Position numbers and translations under genes: made by a program. The notes below the pieces were generated by a model that was given only the letters and a program-made list of their open reading frames with translations, did not search any database and was not told where the DNA came from. Below, piece by piece: positions 25,103-39,068 of a stretch of 64,000 nucleotides of DNA. Position 1 is the stretch's first letter, and every line of letters starts with the position of its first letter. This DNA comes from Chiloscyllium plagiosum (lineage: Eukaryota): NCBI RefSeq assembly GCF_004010195.1, contig NC_057749.1:6965416-7029415 (forward strand). The letters are read 5' to 3'.

Positions 25103-25402
25103 CATAGAATCTGTACAGCATGGAATCAGGCCATGTGGTTCACACCAATCCTTTGAAGATCATCCCACCCAGACCCACCTCCCTTATCCTTGCATTTCCT
25201 ATGACTAACCAACCTAGCCTATACATCCCTGGACACTTTGGGCAATTTAGCATGGCCAATCCACCTAACCTGCACATCTTTGGATTGTGGGAGGAAACCA
25301 GAGGACATCCACACAAAGAATATACAAACAGTAGCCCGAGGGTAGAATCAAAACCACGTTTCTGGCGCTGTGAGGCAGCAGTGCTAACCACTGAGCCACC
25401 GT
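25103..25402 (-). mobile_element. HE1 SINE
   Basis: ggcgctgtgaggcagcagtgctaaccactgagccacc and gggcaatttagcatggccaatccacctaacc. Confidence 0.88.
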
Positions 25403-25794
25403 ATCACTCACCAAAGCTGAGAATTGTCATATTGGAATCTTGTTGGGTGCACAGTTCGACAGTTGTGAATTGAAATGTTTTTGCACAATTAGTGCCTCAA
25501 AGGAGTAAAGCCGCATTGCCAAATCTTGGACTACTTTTGCAAAATACTGTCCAGTCAGTCAATAAATAGTTGCTTTGTGTCCCTAGATTTGCTAAGGGAA
25601 AAGGTAAGGACTATGGATAGAGGAGAAATAGAAACAGAAAATGCTGAAGAAACTCAATTGGTCTGGCAGTGTCTGTGGAGAGAGAAACAGAATCAAAGCT
25701 TTGTGTCCAATATGACATTGAAAAAGCCACATTGGGCTAGAAAATCTCTTTCTCTCCATCTCTGCAAGTGGTGCTGGACCAGCTGAATTTCACG

Positions 25795-26098
25795 ATGATG
25801 GCTCAGTGGTTAGCACTGCCCCTCACAGCATCAGGGACCACAGTTTGCTTCCAGCCTCGGGTGACTGTCTGTGTGGAGGTTACACATTCTCTCTGTGTCT
25901 GCGTGGGTTTGCTCCAGTTTCCTCCCAAAGATGTGCAGGTTAGGTGATTTGGCCATGCTAAATTGCCCATAGTGTTCAGGGATGTGTAGGTTAGGTGCAT
26001 TAGTCAGGACTAAATTTAGAGGGAGAGGAATAGGTCTGGGTGGGTTATTCTTTGGAGGGTCAGTGTGGACACGATGGGCCAAACTGGAGGGCTTCTAT
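25795..26098 (+). mobile_element. HE1 SINE
   Basis: tggctcagtggttagcactgcccctcacagc head with HE1 core and tail. Confidence 0.88.
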
Positions 26099-28029
26099 GG
26101 TTAAGGGAGAGTTTGTGTGGTTCTAGGTATTGTGAGCTCACATTTTGTCACATGATTTAAAGGTGCGGCTTCCCAGCTATGAGTGAATTAGTCAAGTTGC
26201 TTTCTGAACTGTTTATGATGTAACTCTTGTGTGAAATTCAACTTTTCAGTGTAGGTCTCTGTCTCAAATTCCGCTTGAACAGGACTTGTCCAAACGTTGG
26301 GACACTTTTAAAATATTCCATCATTCAGTTTTAGTGGAGTAAAAGTTTTTAAAATAAACTTACCGGGACAATTTGATCAAATGCTGCATTGACAAGGTAT
26401 GGCTCTAGAGTCAGTAATTGGCTTTGCCACTCAGCGTACTGTTCTAACCTGTGCTCCAATTGACCCTTGACCCCATCTGGCCCAGTCTGACCAGGAACCT
26501 CCACAGCTGAATTGTCCAGCCTGAAATCCAGAAATATTGAAAATCTGGCATAGCCTTGTTTCCAAAGTTTAGATTTGACGTGCTGAACCTGCACTTCCAC
26601 AACAGCATTTTAAGTTGAACCTCCAATATTTACAACCATGAAAGAGGTCATGCGGCCCATCAAGCCTGTGCTGGCTCTTGGAAAGAGCTATCCAATGCCT
26701 GCCTCTCTCCTGCTCTTTATCCACAGTAGTGTCAATTTGTTCCCCGTCTAGTCTTTTGCAAATACCTCTTTGAAAATTACCAGCCTCTCTGTGCTTGAGT
26801 GTGGACCACAGCAATTCTTTCTCGTCAATAAAATATTCATCTTGTTATATTAATGGAAACTAGTGGGATTTAATAACCCACTTGTTGCTGAAACCTTCAT
26901 TCATGCAGTTCCCAATTGCAGACTTGATGAGTAACTGTCCTCCACTCTCTATAGACTTCAGCACGTCCAATCTCTTACCTGTCAATCAAACTGTTGTGTA
27001 ATTTCAATCCGAGCAAATATCCTGCACAACAGGCCTCAGCTTCCTGCTTCAGGTCTTAGGGGCGTAGGAATAGGAGGAGGCCATTCAGCCCCTCGAATCT
27101 GTTCTGCCATCAAATAGACCATGTTTAATTCTGGCTACCTGTAATGTTGGTGGCCTAATAAGAAGCTATCATAGTTTTGGTACTTGCAATTGACCACCTC
27201 CCCTACCCTTGTCCACATCAGCCTTAATCAGTTTCTCAGTGATAAACCTCCAGACTTTCTTAATTCAAAATGGATTAAGAGATTTCTGACCTGCACCCTC
27301 ACCTCAAAATGCATTACTGTTAATATTAAGGTCATTCTGTCTTGTTCTGGCATCTCCTGTTAATAATATTTATTTTAAAAAATCTGACACAAGTAAGGAA
27401 TTTGGAATGGAGTTTTCCTGCAGCTTGTGCAAATTCAAGGAAGTATCAGAAGGATACCTGGCTTCAACAGGCATGACCAATTTCTGATGTGCATCAAATA
27501 TTGCCTCATGTTAACCCACAAATGGTAGGATAACTTCAGTCCCATGTTCAGTTAACCTGATGCCCAAGTTGGATTGTAGGTGTCCTGGTCAAATTTGATA
27601 CTCAACACAAAATTGAAGACTCAAACAGTAGATTTATTCAATAGCAGCTTTGAGGTTTGTTCACATTTGCTACAGAATAGATTCCTGATTAATTGTCTAG
27701 TTGTCCAGGTTGAAATTCTGAATGAATCATTAACTGGAAGCAAATTTGAAGCATTACAAAATTGGCTTGTGCTTTTGGAACAGGATCTCGACCGAGTTCA
27801 AATCCCATTTTCTTGGCAGGTAACTGAGATACAAATTCAGTGCCAAGAAGAAAACTGATTATAGATAGTAAAGATTGGGACTTGGCTCTGAATTGAAATA
27901 CGTCACTCCTTTCCCTGGTAAGAAGATGATTACTACACTCACAGATGGACCCATTCCACTTTCTGGGTTCTACAATCCTCTCCCTCTGGGACCTGGATGC
28001 CAATCTGCCTTCGGGCAACAGGATGTAGT

Positions 28030-28378
28030 CATAAAATCATAGAATCTCTACAGTGTGGAAACAGGCCCTTTGGCCCAACAAGTCTACATCAACTCTCCAA
28101 AGAGTAACCCACCCAGACCCATTCCCCTACCCTGTCACGCTACATTTGCCTTGGCTAATGCACCTAACCTACACATCCCTGAACACTATGGGCAATTTAG
28201 CATGGCCAATCCACCTAACTTGCACATCTTTAGACTGCGGGGGGAAACCAGAGCACCCGGTGGAAACCCACACAGACACAGGGAGAGCATGTAAACACTA
28301 CACAGACAGTCACCCGAGGGTGGAATCGAGCCCAGGTCTCTGGCGCGGTGAGGCAGTGATGCTAACCAATGAACACTG
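28030..28378 (-). mobile_element. HE1 SINE
   Basis: Typical reverse-complement HE1; supplies the spurious N-terminal half of ORF 28053-28778. Confidence 0.88.
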
Positions 28379-28407
28379 TCGGTTTCTTCCTCTTCGGTTT
28401 CTTTCCT

Positions 28408-29556
28408 CCATGGGATCTCCGCTATCAGGATTCATGGCAAAAGCAGTAATGCAAAGACTAGAACAAACAGCCCTCCCAACCATCAAACCAAAAATCTGGG
28501 TCCACTACGTCGATGACACCTTTGACATCACAAAACGAAACAAGATAGAAGAGACATTTAACATCATCAACAACACCCTCACAGACATAAAGTTCACCAA
28601 GGTGGAAGAAACAGACAAAACACTCGCATTTCTGGACGTCACAGTCGAAAGAACGGACAACGGAGAACTACAAACCTGCGTATACAGAAAACCGACAAAC
28701 ACTGACCAAATACTTAACTACACCAGCAACCATCCCAACACACACAAACGAAGCTGTATCAGAACACTATTCCAATAAGCCACCACACACTGCAGCACAG
28801 ACGAATTTCGGAAAACAGAGGAGAACCACCTATACAACGTATTCAAGAAGAATGGATGCCCAAAAAATACAATCTGCAGATTCCTGAAGAACAAACCACG
28901 ACAAGCAGACCAAACACAGCCAGAAACCTTAACCACCTTACCATACATCAAAGAAGTTTCAGCAATGACAGCCAGACTACTAAGACCCCTCGGAAACGTA
29001 GTAGCACACAAACCCACCAACACTCTCAAACAAAAACGAACAAACTTAAAAGACCCAGTACATCCCTTGGGCAAAACCAACGTCGTCTTACAAAATTCCA
29101 TGCAAGGACTGCCACAAACACTACATAGGACAAACTGGAAGAAAGTTAGCCACAGGATACACGAACACCAGCTAGCCACAAAAAGACATGACCTTCTCTC
29201 CCTCGTAGCCCTACACACGGAAGAAAAAAACCACAATTTCGACTGGGACAACATATCTATCCTGGGACAGGCTAAGCAAAGACATGCCAGAGAATTCCTA
29301 GAGACCTATCACTCCAACCACAATGCCATAAACAAACACATAGATCTAGATACCATCTATCAACCCCTCAGAAAATGAACAGGAAATGACATCACCACAA
29401 ACCTCAGGAACCCCATCCAGGACAAGCATATAAATAGAAAGCAGGAGACAACAGTTTTGCTTCACTTGGAGGTCTCCACTGATGATGTTACCGAGCCAGG
29501 TAATGAAACGTCTGGATATCAAACCTACAGCTCAGCGAGCAAATCTACACCCTAAA
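28408..29556 (+). mobile_element. 5'-truncated Penelope-like retroelement (RT C-terminal half, GIY-YIG endonuclease, 3' pLTR), pseudogenised
   Basis: RT motifs MGSPLSG, HYVDDTF, LAFLDV, VYRKPTNTD and LPYI. GIY-YIG motif VV(fs)YKIPCKDCHKHYIGQTG..RIHEH..AREFLE. In-frame stop at 28776-28778 plus frameshifts. Confidence 0.93.
29471..29520 (+). ncRNA. Minimal type I hammerhead ribozyme motif in the Penelope 3' region
   Basis: ggtctcca-CTGATGA-t-gttacc-gagcca-ggtaat-GAAA-c-GTC-tggatatc. Stem I ggtctcca/tggatatc has 7 of 8 pairs, stem II has 6 pairs (one G-U), and stem III is the palindrome ACGT. Predicted cleavage after C29512. Confidence 0.8.
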
Positions 29557-30889
29557 CAAAAGTAAGTGTTTTAACTAATTGCGTCAAAATGCTGCAGATG
29601 ATGGAAATCTGAAACAAACACAGACAATACTGGAGAAACTCAACTGGTCTGGCAGTATCTGTAAAGAGAAAGGTAAAGCTAACATTTCGAGCTTGGTATG
29701 ACATCTTCTGATAAAGAGCCTTAGCAATTCCCTAGAAAACATAATGCATAAAAGTGCACTTTATACTGAGGTGATAGTGCATTGACCCTGGCACACATAT
29801 GAATTGTAAAAATGCTGAAGAAAGCATTGCCAAGTTGGTTTTGGTTTAAGCTGTCGCTGGCTCAGTGAGGGGAGATCAGCAATGACAAATTGGGATCAGG
29901 AATTGACTAATCGGGTCTTCGGTTGAGAGTACAGGTCAGCTACAGTTCACCGATGACAGCCAGTTCATTTTAACTCGTGATTAGATTTGCCATTTGGATT
30001 CTTACTAAGTGTCCAATCTGTGAATTTGCATCTGTGACTGAGTGATAAACAGATTGGTTTAAGGGGAATAGCATTTGAAGCCGTGTTGATAAATTGATAA
30101 AGTGCAGAGCTGAGAAAACTGTTAAAATACCATAAGTTAAGGAAAATTGAATCTTAAGTACAGAAAGAAAGAATTATAGACAAGACATCCCACTTTACAG
30201 CTATTGAAGTGCTTTCTCAAGTGTTGTCACTGCTTCAAGCATAGAAATATAGAAAATTGCTGCAGGAGTAGGCCATTCGGCCCTTTGGGACTGCACCACC
30301 ATTTCATGCAATCATGTCTGATCACGCAATCGTGTATCCCACTCCTGCTTTCTCCCCATACCCCTTGATCCATTTAGCCCCAATGGTTACATCCAGCTCC
30401 CTCTTGGATATATCTAACAAACTAGCCCCTGCAGCTCCCTATGGGAGAGAATTCCACAACTGAGTGAAGAAATTCTGCCTCATCTCAGTCCTAAATGGCT
30501 TACCCCTTATTCTTAGACTGAAGCAGGCACAGCAGTCAACTGACACACAGTGAGACCCCATGGGCTGCATCATGATAGATGACTTGGTAACCTGTTTACG
30601 AGTAATGTTAGTTGAAGGATACACGTTATCCAGGATGCTGAGGAAGGTGCCTTCACCTGAAGGGGCAGCTGGACCCAGTGTTAAACATTTCCTCCCAAAG
30701 CCAGTACCCCTAACAGTGCAGCACTCCTTCAAAACATAAGATAGAGGAGCAGAAATAGGCCATTCAGCCCATCTGCTATGCCAATCAGTGAGACCAAGAA
30801 TGACCTGATAATTCTCACCTCCATTTTCCTGTCTTTTCCCCACAGCCCTTGAGTCCCTTCCTGATTAAAAATCTGTCTGTTTCAAGACT

Positions 30890-31235
30890 TGAATATACTT
30901 AATGTCCTCTAAGAATCTTATATGTTTCAACAATATCACCTCTTATTCTTCTAAACGCTGAGTACAATCCCAACCTAGACAACCTGTACTCATATGACAG
31001 TTTGTCCATTCCTGGGATCAGACTTGGGAACCTTTGTGGATAGCCTCCAAAACCAATATATCTTCCTTTAGATAAAGGGGCCAAAACTATTCGCAGTATC
31101 TCAGCTGTGGGCAAACTTCCTGCCTTGGATAGTTTTAGCAAACCCTCCCACCTATTAGGCTCCATTTTCTTTGAAACAAAGGATAAATTCCATTTGCCTT
31201 CCCTAATACTTGCTGAACTTGGATGCTCGGCTTTG
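30890..31235 (-). mobile_element. CR1 ORF2 fragment
   Basis: QRFPSLIPGMDKLSYEYRLSRLGLYSAFRRIRGDIVETYKILRG. Confidence 0.8.
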
Positions 31236-32789
31236 TGATTCACGTCGTACTAAATGGTCTTTCTGCTCACGTCTTTGGAATGTCCTCATGGGTGAAAGGG
31301 CTTTCCACATGGGTTATAAGGTTTCAAAGATCTGTGGGTGTGGTCTGTAGTGATTCTTTCAAAACCAGCAGTAACACAGCTAATACTTTCAGGAATCACG
31401 TAGAAAGCAATGGCTCTGGTCCCTTTAATCACTGAACACTACAATTGCATGTGTCAACATGATGGCTTGCTCTCAGCACTTCCCCATTTTGGTGTTCCTC
31501 TCCTTGTGAAAGCCACAACAATTCATTACAAACGGGGTCCTGCCTTCTCCCTTCATACCCAGGCAACAAGCAACTCTAATGATTCCCCACAGGAACAGGG
31601 AACACGGTGTAATATGTACAAGGCTCAGCACGGGAAAGAAATATCACCTCCTACTGTCACTCAGTCTTGGCTGGTGCAGTCTGAGCTGCCTGATCAGCAG
31701 AACCGGTTAGACCCCTCGACACTGTGACACCCGAGAGACAGTAACAGGTTATGATGGGCAGCAACCTCACCTAGCTAATTGCCAGCTGTTTGGATGGGGA
31801 GTGCTCAGTTATCATAACTGGTGGAAGAAGCATTCAGAATTGATTTAAGCCTTGCCTAGCTATCGATGCATTATCACCATCACCTTAGTCTAAACTGGCA
31901 TTTCTCCCTTAGCCAAGATAATACTTTATTTATTTAAAGCCGTTAATTCTTCTCACTCGTAAAGAATCATTATCTTAAAGTACACACACAATAAAGAAAT
32001 GTTTGTATTGGTATAGTGACTTTCACTAAGGGAGCTATCCCCTCCCCATGCATATTAAAGCAATAAAGTACTTTCAAATCATAGAATATTAAGTGTCCCT
32101 GCTGGGTGTATACATGATAAGGAGCAGCTATTTTCCTCCAATCTGATCTCACCCATAACATGGCAGCTGGATGAAACCTGTGTATTCCAAATTTAAATAT
32201 GTAATTAAGGGTCAACTGAAATTGGAAAAACTCAACAGAACCTGATAATACATTGCCCATGTCAAATCTGGGTTGGCATGGTTACCAGTGAGGGAGTCAG
32301 CACTTTGTTTCTTTTTTTAAAAAAACGTTTATAAAACACCAGGGAAGAAATGGGGGCTGGTACTATCAAAGATTTAGTTGACCATCTCAACTGATAGACA
32401 GCCCATCTGACAATGCAGCACTTCCTTAGCACTGCACTGGGAGGGTGAGGGTGGATTTTAACATCAAGCAATGACATAATCTTCCTGCAAGTCTACCAGT
32501 CAACAAGCTGTGGCTGACTGTGAGTTGGATGGATTTGGGACCAGTTTTGATGATGTGTCTGATCCAAGCTTCCTCTTTGAGACAACTGAGAACTCCTGGA
32601 TGATAGACCTCAGTCCGATCTTGGTTTGAGAACATTTCCTTTCTTGGACGTTAGCCGGTACCATTGACCGAATGGTGTTTTTTCTCTGACTGACAATAAT
32701 AACAGATGCCAATCCAAAATACAGCAAGGATCACTCTTGAAATGGAGTATTACAAGCTCTGAGCTGTCCCACAAAGGACTTGTTCAATT

Positions 32790-32975
32790 AATGGCGATGT
32801 GGAGGTGCTGGTGTTGGAGTGGGCTGGACAAGTTCAAAAGTCACACAACACAGGGTTATAGTCCAACAGGTTTGTTTGAAATCATGAGCTTTCAGAGCAG
32901 CGAAGGAGCAGCGCTACGAAAGCTTGTGATTTCAAATAAACCTGCTGAACTATAACCTGGTGTCATGTAACTTTC
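32790..32975. mobile_element. Family B fold-back element
   Basis: ggttatagtccaacaggtttgtttgaaatca / gaaagcttgtgatttcaaataaacctgctgaactataacctgg. Confidence 0.7.
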
Positions 32976-33103
32976 AATAAACAGTACATTGGCATGTTTT
33001 CAAAACCTTTTACTCAATTTTTAATGTGCAAGCAGTAAATCTAAAGTCACACACACGTGCACACACACACGCGCAAACACGCGCACACACCACGTAACAT
33101 AAA

Positions 33104-33520
33104 GTCATAGAGTCACAGAGAGAGACAACATGGAAACAAACCCATTTGTCCAACTCGTCCATGCTGACCAAATATCTTAAATTAATCTTGTCCCATTTGC
33201 CAGCATTTGGCCCATATCCATCTAAACCCTTCCTATTCATGTATCCATCTAGTTGAGTAATGTAATTGTACCAGCCTCCATCACTTCCTTATTCCATACA
33301 CACACCACCCTCTGTGTGAAAAAGCGCGCTTCAGGTCCCTTTTAAATCTTTCCCGTCTCACCTTTAAACTATGTCCTCCAGTTTTGGACTCCCTTACCCT
33401 GGGGAAAAGACCTTGGCTGTTCACCCTATCCATTGCCTTCATGACTTTACAAACCTCCGGAAGGCTCAAAACCTCCAACCCTGGCAACATCCTTGTGAAT
33501 TTTATCTGCACCCTCTCAAG
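33104..33520 (-). mobile_element. CR1 3' fragment
   Basis: KFTRMLPGLE..KVMKAMDRVNSQGLFPRVRESKTGGHSLKV; tail as in 17430-17942. Confidence 0.85.
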
Positions 33521-34533
33521 TCAAATGGACCAATTGTACTGCAGTGACAAGTCTCACAATGGGCATTGCAGAGTTCATTATATAGGCAGCAGACCTGAGT
33601 CCACCATTGGTTCCCACATCTTACTCAGTGGGAGCATTTCCCGGGGCAATACAGAAAGTAACGTAAAGCAACATTCAAATTAGATTGGAAAATGCGGTCT
33701 CACAGATAGCTATCCGACCTTTCTGTTAGCTGCAAATGACCTGCCCCTATTCACCACAGGAAACAGTGATCTAAACCTCAATTCCTGTTATTACAAAATA
33801 GGAAAACTCCACAAGAAATGGGAGCAAGGTAAGGCCATTTCAGCCCCTTGAGCCTACTCCATGTTGAATAAAATCATGGATGATCAGACTGGTTTCACAT
33901 AACATACAAATGAGGAGCAGAAGTGGACCATTCAGCCTCTCTAGTTGTCCTGCCATTTAACAGTGGCTGATCTGATTGCAATCCACGTTCCTGTTTAGGT
34001 AATAATCTCTCTCCCATTTCCTTACCAAGAATATATCTAGGTTTTCCTTAAAAATATTTAAAAGACTCTACTTTTGAGAGAAGAGGGAGTCTCAAAGATC
34101 TTCTGAACCTTCTCCCCTATTGATCAAAGATTTGCCTCACTCAACCTCTCCCTAGAGCTCAAACCCTCCAACTCTGGATGTTGTTAATGAGCTGACACCC
34201 CATTGCCCTCTGGGGAAGAGAATTCCACAGACTAATGAATGTCTGAGACAGACAAGAAAAAAGATCCCCTACATTTGAAGACCCTTCATATTTAAACCAA
34301 ACAGTGATTGTCCACCCTCACCAAGCCAGTATCACATCAAACTGGGCCCATGCTAACTGCTGCTGACATCATGTGCAATTTACATGACCTTACATTGTGT
34401 AAAGGTAAGTCATCCTCAACTGTATACTTCCCAAACCAGAGACCACTGCCACCCAGCAGAATGAGGGCAGCAGCCACACTCCAAGTTGCACATCATCCTG
34501 ACATGGAAATATATTGCTTTACCATCGACACTT

Positions 34534-34863
34534 CATAGAATCCTTACAGGGAAGAAGGCCATTTGGTCCATCGAGTCCACACTGACCCTTTGAAGAGCAT
34601 CCTACCCAGTCCCCTGCGGCCCTGCATTTCCCATGGCTATTTCACCTCGCCCACACATCCGTGGACGCTATGGACAGTTTAGCATGGCCAATCCACCTAA
34701 CTTGCACTTGTGTGGACCGTGGGAGGAAACCGAAGCACCCAGAGGAAACCCACGCAGACATGGGGACAATGTGCAAACTCCACACAGTCACCCAAGGCTA
34801 GAATCAAATCTGGATCCTTGGCGTTATGAGGTTGCAGTGCTAACCACTGAGCTACTGCACCAC
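34534..34863 (-). mobile_element. HE1 SINE
   Basis: tttagcatggccaatccacctaac, tgcaaactccacaca and gcagtgctaaccactgagc. Confidence 0.85.
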
Positions 34864-35427
34864 CCCAAACCCAGCTCTGAAGGAAGATCTGGGGATCTCT
34901 TCCCTACTGGCAGCAGCACATGCACGGACTGCAACCTGATTAAGAACAAGGCTTCCTCCTATTTTCTCGATCATGATTGTGGATGAATATTAAATGTTGG
35001 ATTTCTATATTCCAGGAAGGTTCTGAAAGAGCACACTTCTAGGCTGTAAGACAGTTAGGAGCTAGACTTCCAATTCAAGTTATATTGCCAGCTCTTACAG
35101 CCAAGAAGTGCTTGATTTAAAATGGGCTGACACAGTGCTTCAGCAATATAAGGTCAAGACACAACAAAAGGAAGACCACAATTCACTGTGCCTTCTGTCC
35201 CAGCTCTAAATATTCTCAACCAGCTCCAATGTTCAATACGCTAGCGGTTTAACCTTGAAATTGATTCTGGTACCTGACTGCACCCCATGAAAAAAACTTC
35301 CTGACATAAAAACTTCCTGACATGTACGTAAAATCTCTCACTGATCAAACTTTTCTATGCAAAACTCTAAAGAGCCTATTGCTGACAAAACTGTCTTTCT
35401 AAAAAAAAAGACTGAAACATTGCATGT

Positions 35428-35720
35428 GGCATGGTGGCACAGTGGTTAGCACTACTACCTCACAGGGCCAGAGACCTAGGTTCAATTCCTGCCTCAGGCA
35501 ACTGACTGTGTCGAGTTTGCACATTCTCCCCATGTTTGTGTGGGTTTGCTCTGGTTCCCTTCCACAGTCCAAAAATGTGCAGGTTAGGTGAATTGGCCAG
35601 GCTAAATTGCCCGTAGTGTTAGGTGAAGGGGTAAATGTCTGAGTGGGTTGCTCTTCAGAGGGTCAGTGTGGACTTGTTGGGCCAAAGGGCCTGTTTCCAC
35701 ACTGTAAGTAATCTAATCTA
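35428..35720 (+). mobile_element. HE1 SINE
   Basis: ggcatggtggcacagtggttagcact head; actgtaagtaatctaatcta tail. Confidence 0.9.
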
Positions 35721-36304
35721 AAATTATTATTAATCCCATGCTTCGATGAATATGTTCTCTCTTAAGCTAATACAAAATGCGACAGTAAAATTTCTTTAAA
35801 AGTTGGGTTGAAACAGGATTTTTAAAAATGTTCAAAATAAGCCTGCCAAATAGTTGTAGTGCCAGATGTGACTATTTGAGTGGGACAGGGAAACCTTAAC
35901 CTCATTAGCAACTTTCAAGTTCAAAAACACAGCCAAGTATCAACAGCAGCCATTCCATTTCAGTGCAACTGCCTGGACAGGTTCCATTTATCAAAATGTC
36001 TGGGGTTTTATTCTTCCCTAATTTCAATGTGAAAAAATCAACATGGAGGACCTCACTTTGTTGATGGAAGACCCAGCTCCAAAATGACAAGGAAAGGCAT
36101 GGCTTGAAATTTTTGGTTGTGCCACAGCACAGAGTTCCAGTTCCAAAAATAAAAAAGAGTGAAGTAAATGAAATAGATGTCACAGGTGAAAGACAAGGCA
36201 GAAAGGACTATCTGGAAAAAAAAATGAGCAAGCAGAAAAACCAGAAGTAATTAGATGAATGTTGTGGTTTCAAACTCAATGCCAACTATTCTGGATGCAA
36301 ATTC

Positions 36305-36665
36305 TAGGGTAATACTTCAGCACAGTGCTGACAGCGTGCTACCCTGTCAGAGATGCCATCTTTCAGATTCGATATCAAACCAAGACCCTGCCTAACCTTC
36401 TCAGGTGAATGCAATAGATCCCAAAGCCCCCCAATTTCACAAAAGAACAGGGGGGTGGCACTGGTGTTCAGGCCAATGTTTATCCGAGACACATCACTGA
36501 AAATAGAATGGATAATGCAGGTGTTATAGCAATGCGGCCTTTGCTGTGCCCAAACTGGTTGCTCCATTCTCGACATTATGACGGTAGCTTCATGTCAGAA
36601 AGATCTAATTGGCTGGGAAATGCTTTGGGATGTTGTGAGGATGTGAAATGTCTTGATGCAGCTCG
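36305..36665 (+). mobile_element. Degenerate Deu-domain SINE
   Basis: gatgccatctttcagattcgatatcaaaccaagaccctg..ctcaggtgaatgcaatagatccca core and tail ttgctgtgcccaaactgg..tgctttgggatgttgtgagg. Confidence 0.55.
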
Positions 36666-37715
36666 GTTTTTTTGGAAGTTGGTTGTTAGTGTGTTAATCA
36701 ACTGGGGAATGAATCCAATCAGAAAGAGAATATTGAAATCTTGTATATTGCTCAAAAGCAGTACATTTTGTCAGAGCTTTTTGCCTTTCACTCATCAGGA
36801 CCATTTGTATGAATACCAATGTTAAGTACGTAAATGTGAACTTGCCAACCAATTAGCACTTTCCTCCCGTACGGCCCAAATTCTGTATGGTAGTTTGTAT
36901 CATGTTTGTAAATCTGTTTTATGAGATTAATTCTCATAAGTGTAAAGTGAAAAGCTTTGATAAAAGGTGTATTTTTACAGCAATACTCCAGTTCTGTACT
37001 ACCTAATGATCACATAAATTGATTTCTATTCTTCTCTTATTTTTCATCTTCCTGCTCACTCCTAAATTCTAATTACGGAATACAGTGTAATTAAAATTGG
37101 GCCTGAAATTATCACTGAAGAGAGATTTTATGCACAACTCATTGGGGTTGCTGTTGGTTTTTGAGTCAATGTCTCCATCCAGAACCTGGGGGATATACCC
37201 TTCAAGCTCTGGGGGAAGTCCATCCTGAAAGACAGCTGTTTGCAAACTACCCAGCCTTCTGTCTCTCCATTGTATCCTGCATCGTGTTAATCCAGCCGAG
37301 ATAGGGTTGAAATCTGTGTTAGCGACTGTTGTGCCTGCAACATTAACCTCAGCGAGAAAGCCAGCCGTAGGCACCTAGCCCAGAACTCACAGACATGCCA
37401 ATGTTTTCTATTAAGAACAGGGTCAGACAATAGGAAGGTGGAAACTGTTAATGTAACTAACTGGATAAAGAAATCAGTGGATCATTGCTATATCTCGGTT
37501 AGAAACTACAGAACAGAATTAGTCTATTCAGCCTAACTTCTCCACAATCCAAGTAAGCCTCATCCCACGCGACAACATCTGGCACCCCTGCTTGTCCTTT
37601 TTTCCTCACGTCCACATTTAGATTTTCTTTGAATGACCCTCTGTGACTTGGCTCGCACACATTGAGAGAGCAAGCTCCACATTTTAAACACTCTCTGGCA
37701 AAAGATGTATATGCT

Positions 37716-38032
37716 ATCATAGAATCCCTACAGCGTGGAAGCAGGCCATTTGGCCCATCGAGTCCACACCAACTCTCTGAAGAGCAATGCGCCCAGACCC
37801 ATCTCCCTATCCTATAATCCTGCATTTTCCAAGGGTAACCCACTCAGCCTGCACATCCCTGGATACTCTGGACAATTTGCCATGGCCAATCCACCTAACT
37901 CACATCTTTGAAATGTGGGAGGAAACCCACGCAGACACAGGGAGAGTAAACTCCACACAGACAGTTGCCCGAGGCTGGAACTGAACCTGGGTCCCTGGTG
38001 CTGTGAGGTAGCAGTGCTAACCACTGAGCCGC
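37716..38032 (-). mobile_element. HE1 SINE
   Basis: tcatagaatccctacagcgtggaagcaggcc tail and ctgtgaggtagcagtgctaaccactgagcc head (reverse complement). Confidence 0.88.
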
Positions 38033-38359
38033 TAAATCTCATCCACCAAAACAAAAGGATCAGGAGCAGGCCATTCGGCCCCTTAAGACCGCTCTGCCAT
38101 TCAATAGGATTGCAGCTGACCTGACATTGCCTCAGCTGTATGCTCCTCCATGTCCCAAATTAGCCTTCACACCCTTGTCATTTCAAAATTAGTCTAACTC
38201 AGCATTGATTATATTCAATAACACAGCCTCCATTACTCTCTGGGGAAAGAATTTCTATGTGAATGGCCCCACACATATTTCAACCTTTCCAAATATTCAA
38301 CCAAGGCCCTTCACTGAATCTATATCTTTTATCTTCCAATATCTAACATAGAATTTAGG

Positions 38360-38736
38360 TCCATACTCCTTTAGAAGAATATGAGAGGAGATCAAATTGA
38401 GGTTTATAAGATGTTCGAGGGGATTCACAAAATAGGTAGAAGTTTGATGTTTCCCTTTGCGGGTCACTCTAGAATGAAAGGTCACAATTTATGGCTAAAG
38501 CGTGGGCAGAATTAACACAGAGATGAGCAGGAATTATTTCTCTCAAAGGGTCATGAATTTGTGGAATTCACTCCCCCAAGCTGGACGCCAGGATATTGAG
38601 CAAACTTAAGGAGGAGACAGATACATTTTTAATTAGTAAAGGGTCAAAGGGTCATGGGGAATGGGCAGGGAAATGGAGTTGAGATCAGCCAAGATTGTTT
38701 GAAATGGTGGAACAAGGGCTGCTCCTGGTTCTTATG
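38360..38736 (+). mobile_element. CR1 3' fragment
   Basis: ttagaagaatatgagaggagatcaaattgaggtttataagat and tttctctcaaagggtcatgaatttgtggaattcact. Confidence 0.7.
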
Positions 38737-39068
38737 TTTTCAAGCGTTGACAGCTACATTTCGTGAAGGGTCAAAGACACCAATGACAATGATGAATGTA
38801 TTCAGAAAAGATGAGGTCAATGAGGTTGTAGTCATGAAATAATTCCAGGGCTTTACAACACCAGAGGGCTGTCAGAGTGAGGACAGAATGCAAGAGGGAA
38901 TGAGTTGCACAGTTTTGAGTTTCTGGAGAAGATTGAATGATACGGGCGTGTATATTGGGTGAGATGGGACTGGAGAGAGAAGATCATTAGATGATAAGCC
39001 ATAGGAGCAGAATCAGGCCATTCAGCCCATCAAGTCTGCTCCACTAATCTGATCATCTGTCAACTCAA

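Noticed and set aside
26965..27000. Possible recursive splice site on the minus strand (tgacag|gtaaga)
   Set aside because: Polypyrimidine tract too weak; cannot be supported without saw-tooth RNA-seq coverage.
28053..28778. 241-aa ORF that looks like a novel RT fusion
   Set aside because: Chance in-frame join of antisense HE1 sequence to a truncated Penelope RT that ends at a premature stop.
37069..37374. 101-aa minus-strand ORF in non-repetitive sequence, preceded by ag|GTG (possible terminal exon)
   Set aside because: No recognisable homology, weak polypyrimidine tract and a GTG start; not supportable without RNA-seq or conservation data.
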